From Pristiophorus japonicus (lineage: Eukaryota): DNA of 64,000 bases. The DNA lies in assembly GCF_044704955.1 (NCBI RefSeq), contig NC_091999.1:62000001-62064000 (forward strand), in the 5' to 3' direction. The notes below the pieces were generated by a model, which was given only the letters and a program-made list of their open reading frames with translations, was not told the DNA's origin and did no database searches. The position numbers and the translations under genes are program-made. Below are positions 63,645 to 64,000 of this stretch, in pieces. The first letter of the stretch is position 1. Each line of letters begins with the position of its first letter.

Positions 63645-64000
63645 TTTTATATTTTAAAGTTTAATTTGTTTCAATTGCCGGTGTTTTTAGTGACCCCCTC
63701 CCCTTTTATAGGGGGCACTTGGAGAAAAAAAAATAAGATTTTAGTGCCCAAAAAAAAACTTACGAAAAAAAAAGGGCCTTGGAAATGTTGGTGCGCCCCC
63801 CAGATCGGGGGGACACGATTTACTGATTTCATGTGTTAATTTTCTCCCAAAAAAAGAGTTCTGTGGACATCCACTCCAACGTCTCTTTGTCCCTCTACAC
63901 TTCTCAGTGTACCATTTAATGTGTATTCCCTTTCCTTGTCAGCCTTCCCCAAATGCATTACCTCACAAACCTCTGGATTAAATTCAATTTGCCACTGTTC

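Larger units (their letters stand above)
56684..63859 (+). mobile_element. Full-length Tx1-type (L1 superfamily) non-LTR retrotransposon, 7176 bp
   Basis: TSD TCTGTGGAC at 56675-56683 and 63860-63868; ~940-bp 5' UTR, ORF1, ORF2, A-rich 3' end AAAAAAAGAGT. Confidence 0.93.

Overview
Eukaryotic, repeat-dense DNA, very probably from a cartilaginous fish (shark): shark-type IgM exons, CR1/L2/RTE/Tx1 LINEs and a DeuSINE-like element. I found no intact protein-coding gene. Left to right: (1) minisatellites, two related GC-rich promoter-like modules and a 7-finger C2H2 zinc-finger pseudogene split by a solo LTR; (2) ~17 kb of nested retroelements, including a full-length Gypsy element (LTRs, PBS, PPT, GTTAG TSD) inside a CR1 and itself interrupted by another CR1; (3) an ~11.4 kb tandem array of 11 degenerate tRNA genes (Ser-AGA/Asp-GTC/Leu-TAA cassette); (4) a headless IgM heavy-chain pseudogene (broken CH1, CH2, frameshifted CH3, CH4+secretory tail, TM1, TM2) followed by a strong CTCF-like site; (5) 3.3 kb further on, an inverted decayed TCR alpha/delta-type V segment that keeps a 23-bp-spacer RSS and is not visible in the ORF track; (6) a GPR139-like GPCR pseudogene exon; (7) a full-length 7.2 kb Tx1-type LINE with a 9-bp TSD. 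The most interesting signal is the IgM constant region / CTCF / inverted TCR-V-RSS arrangement. All alignments were done by eye against remembered family consensus sequences; repeat boundaries without a TSD are approximate.
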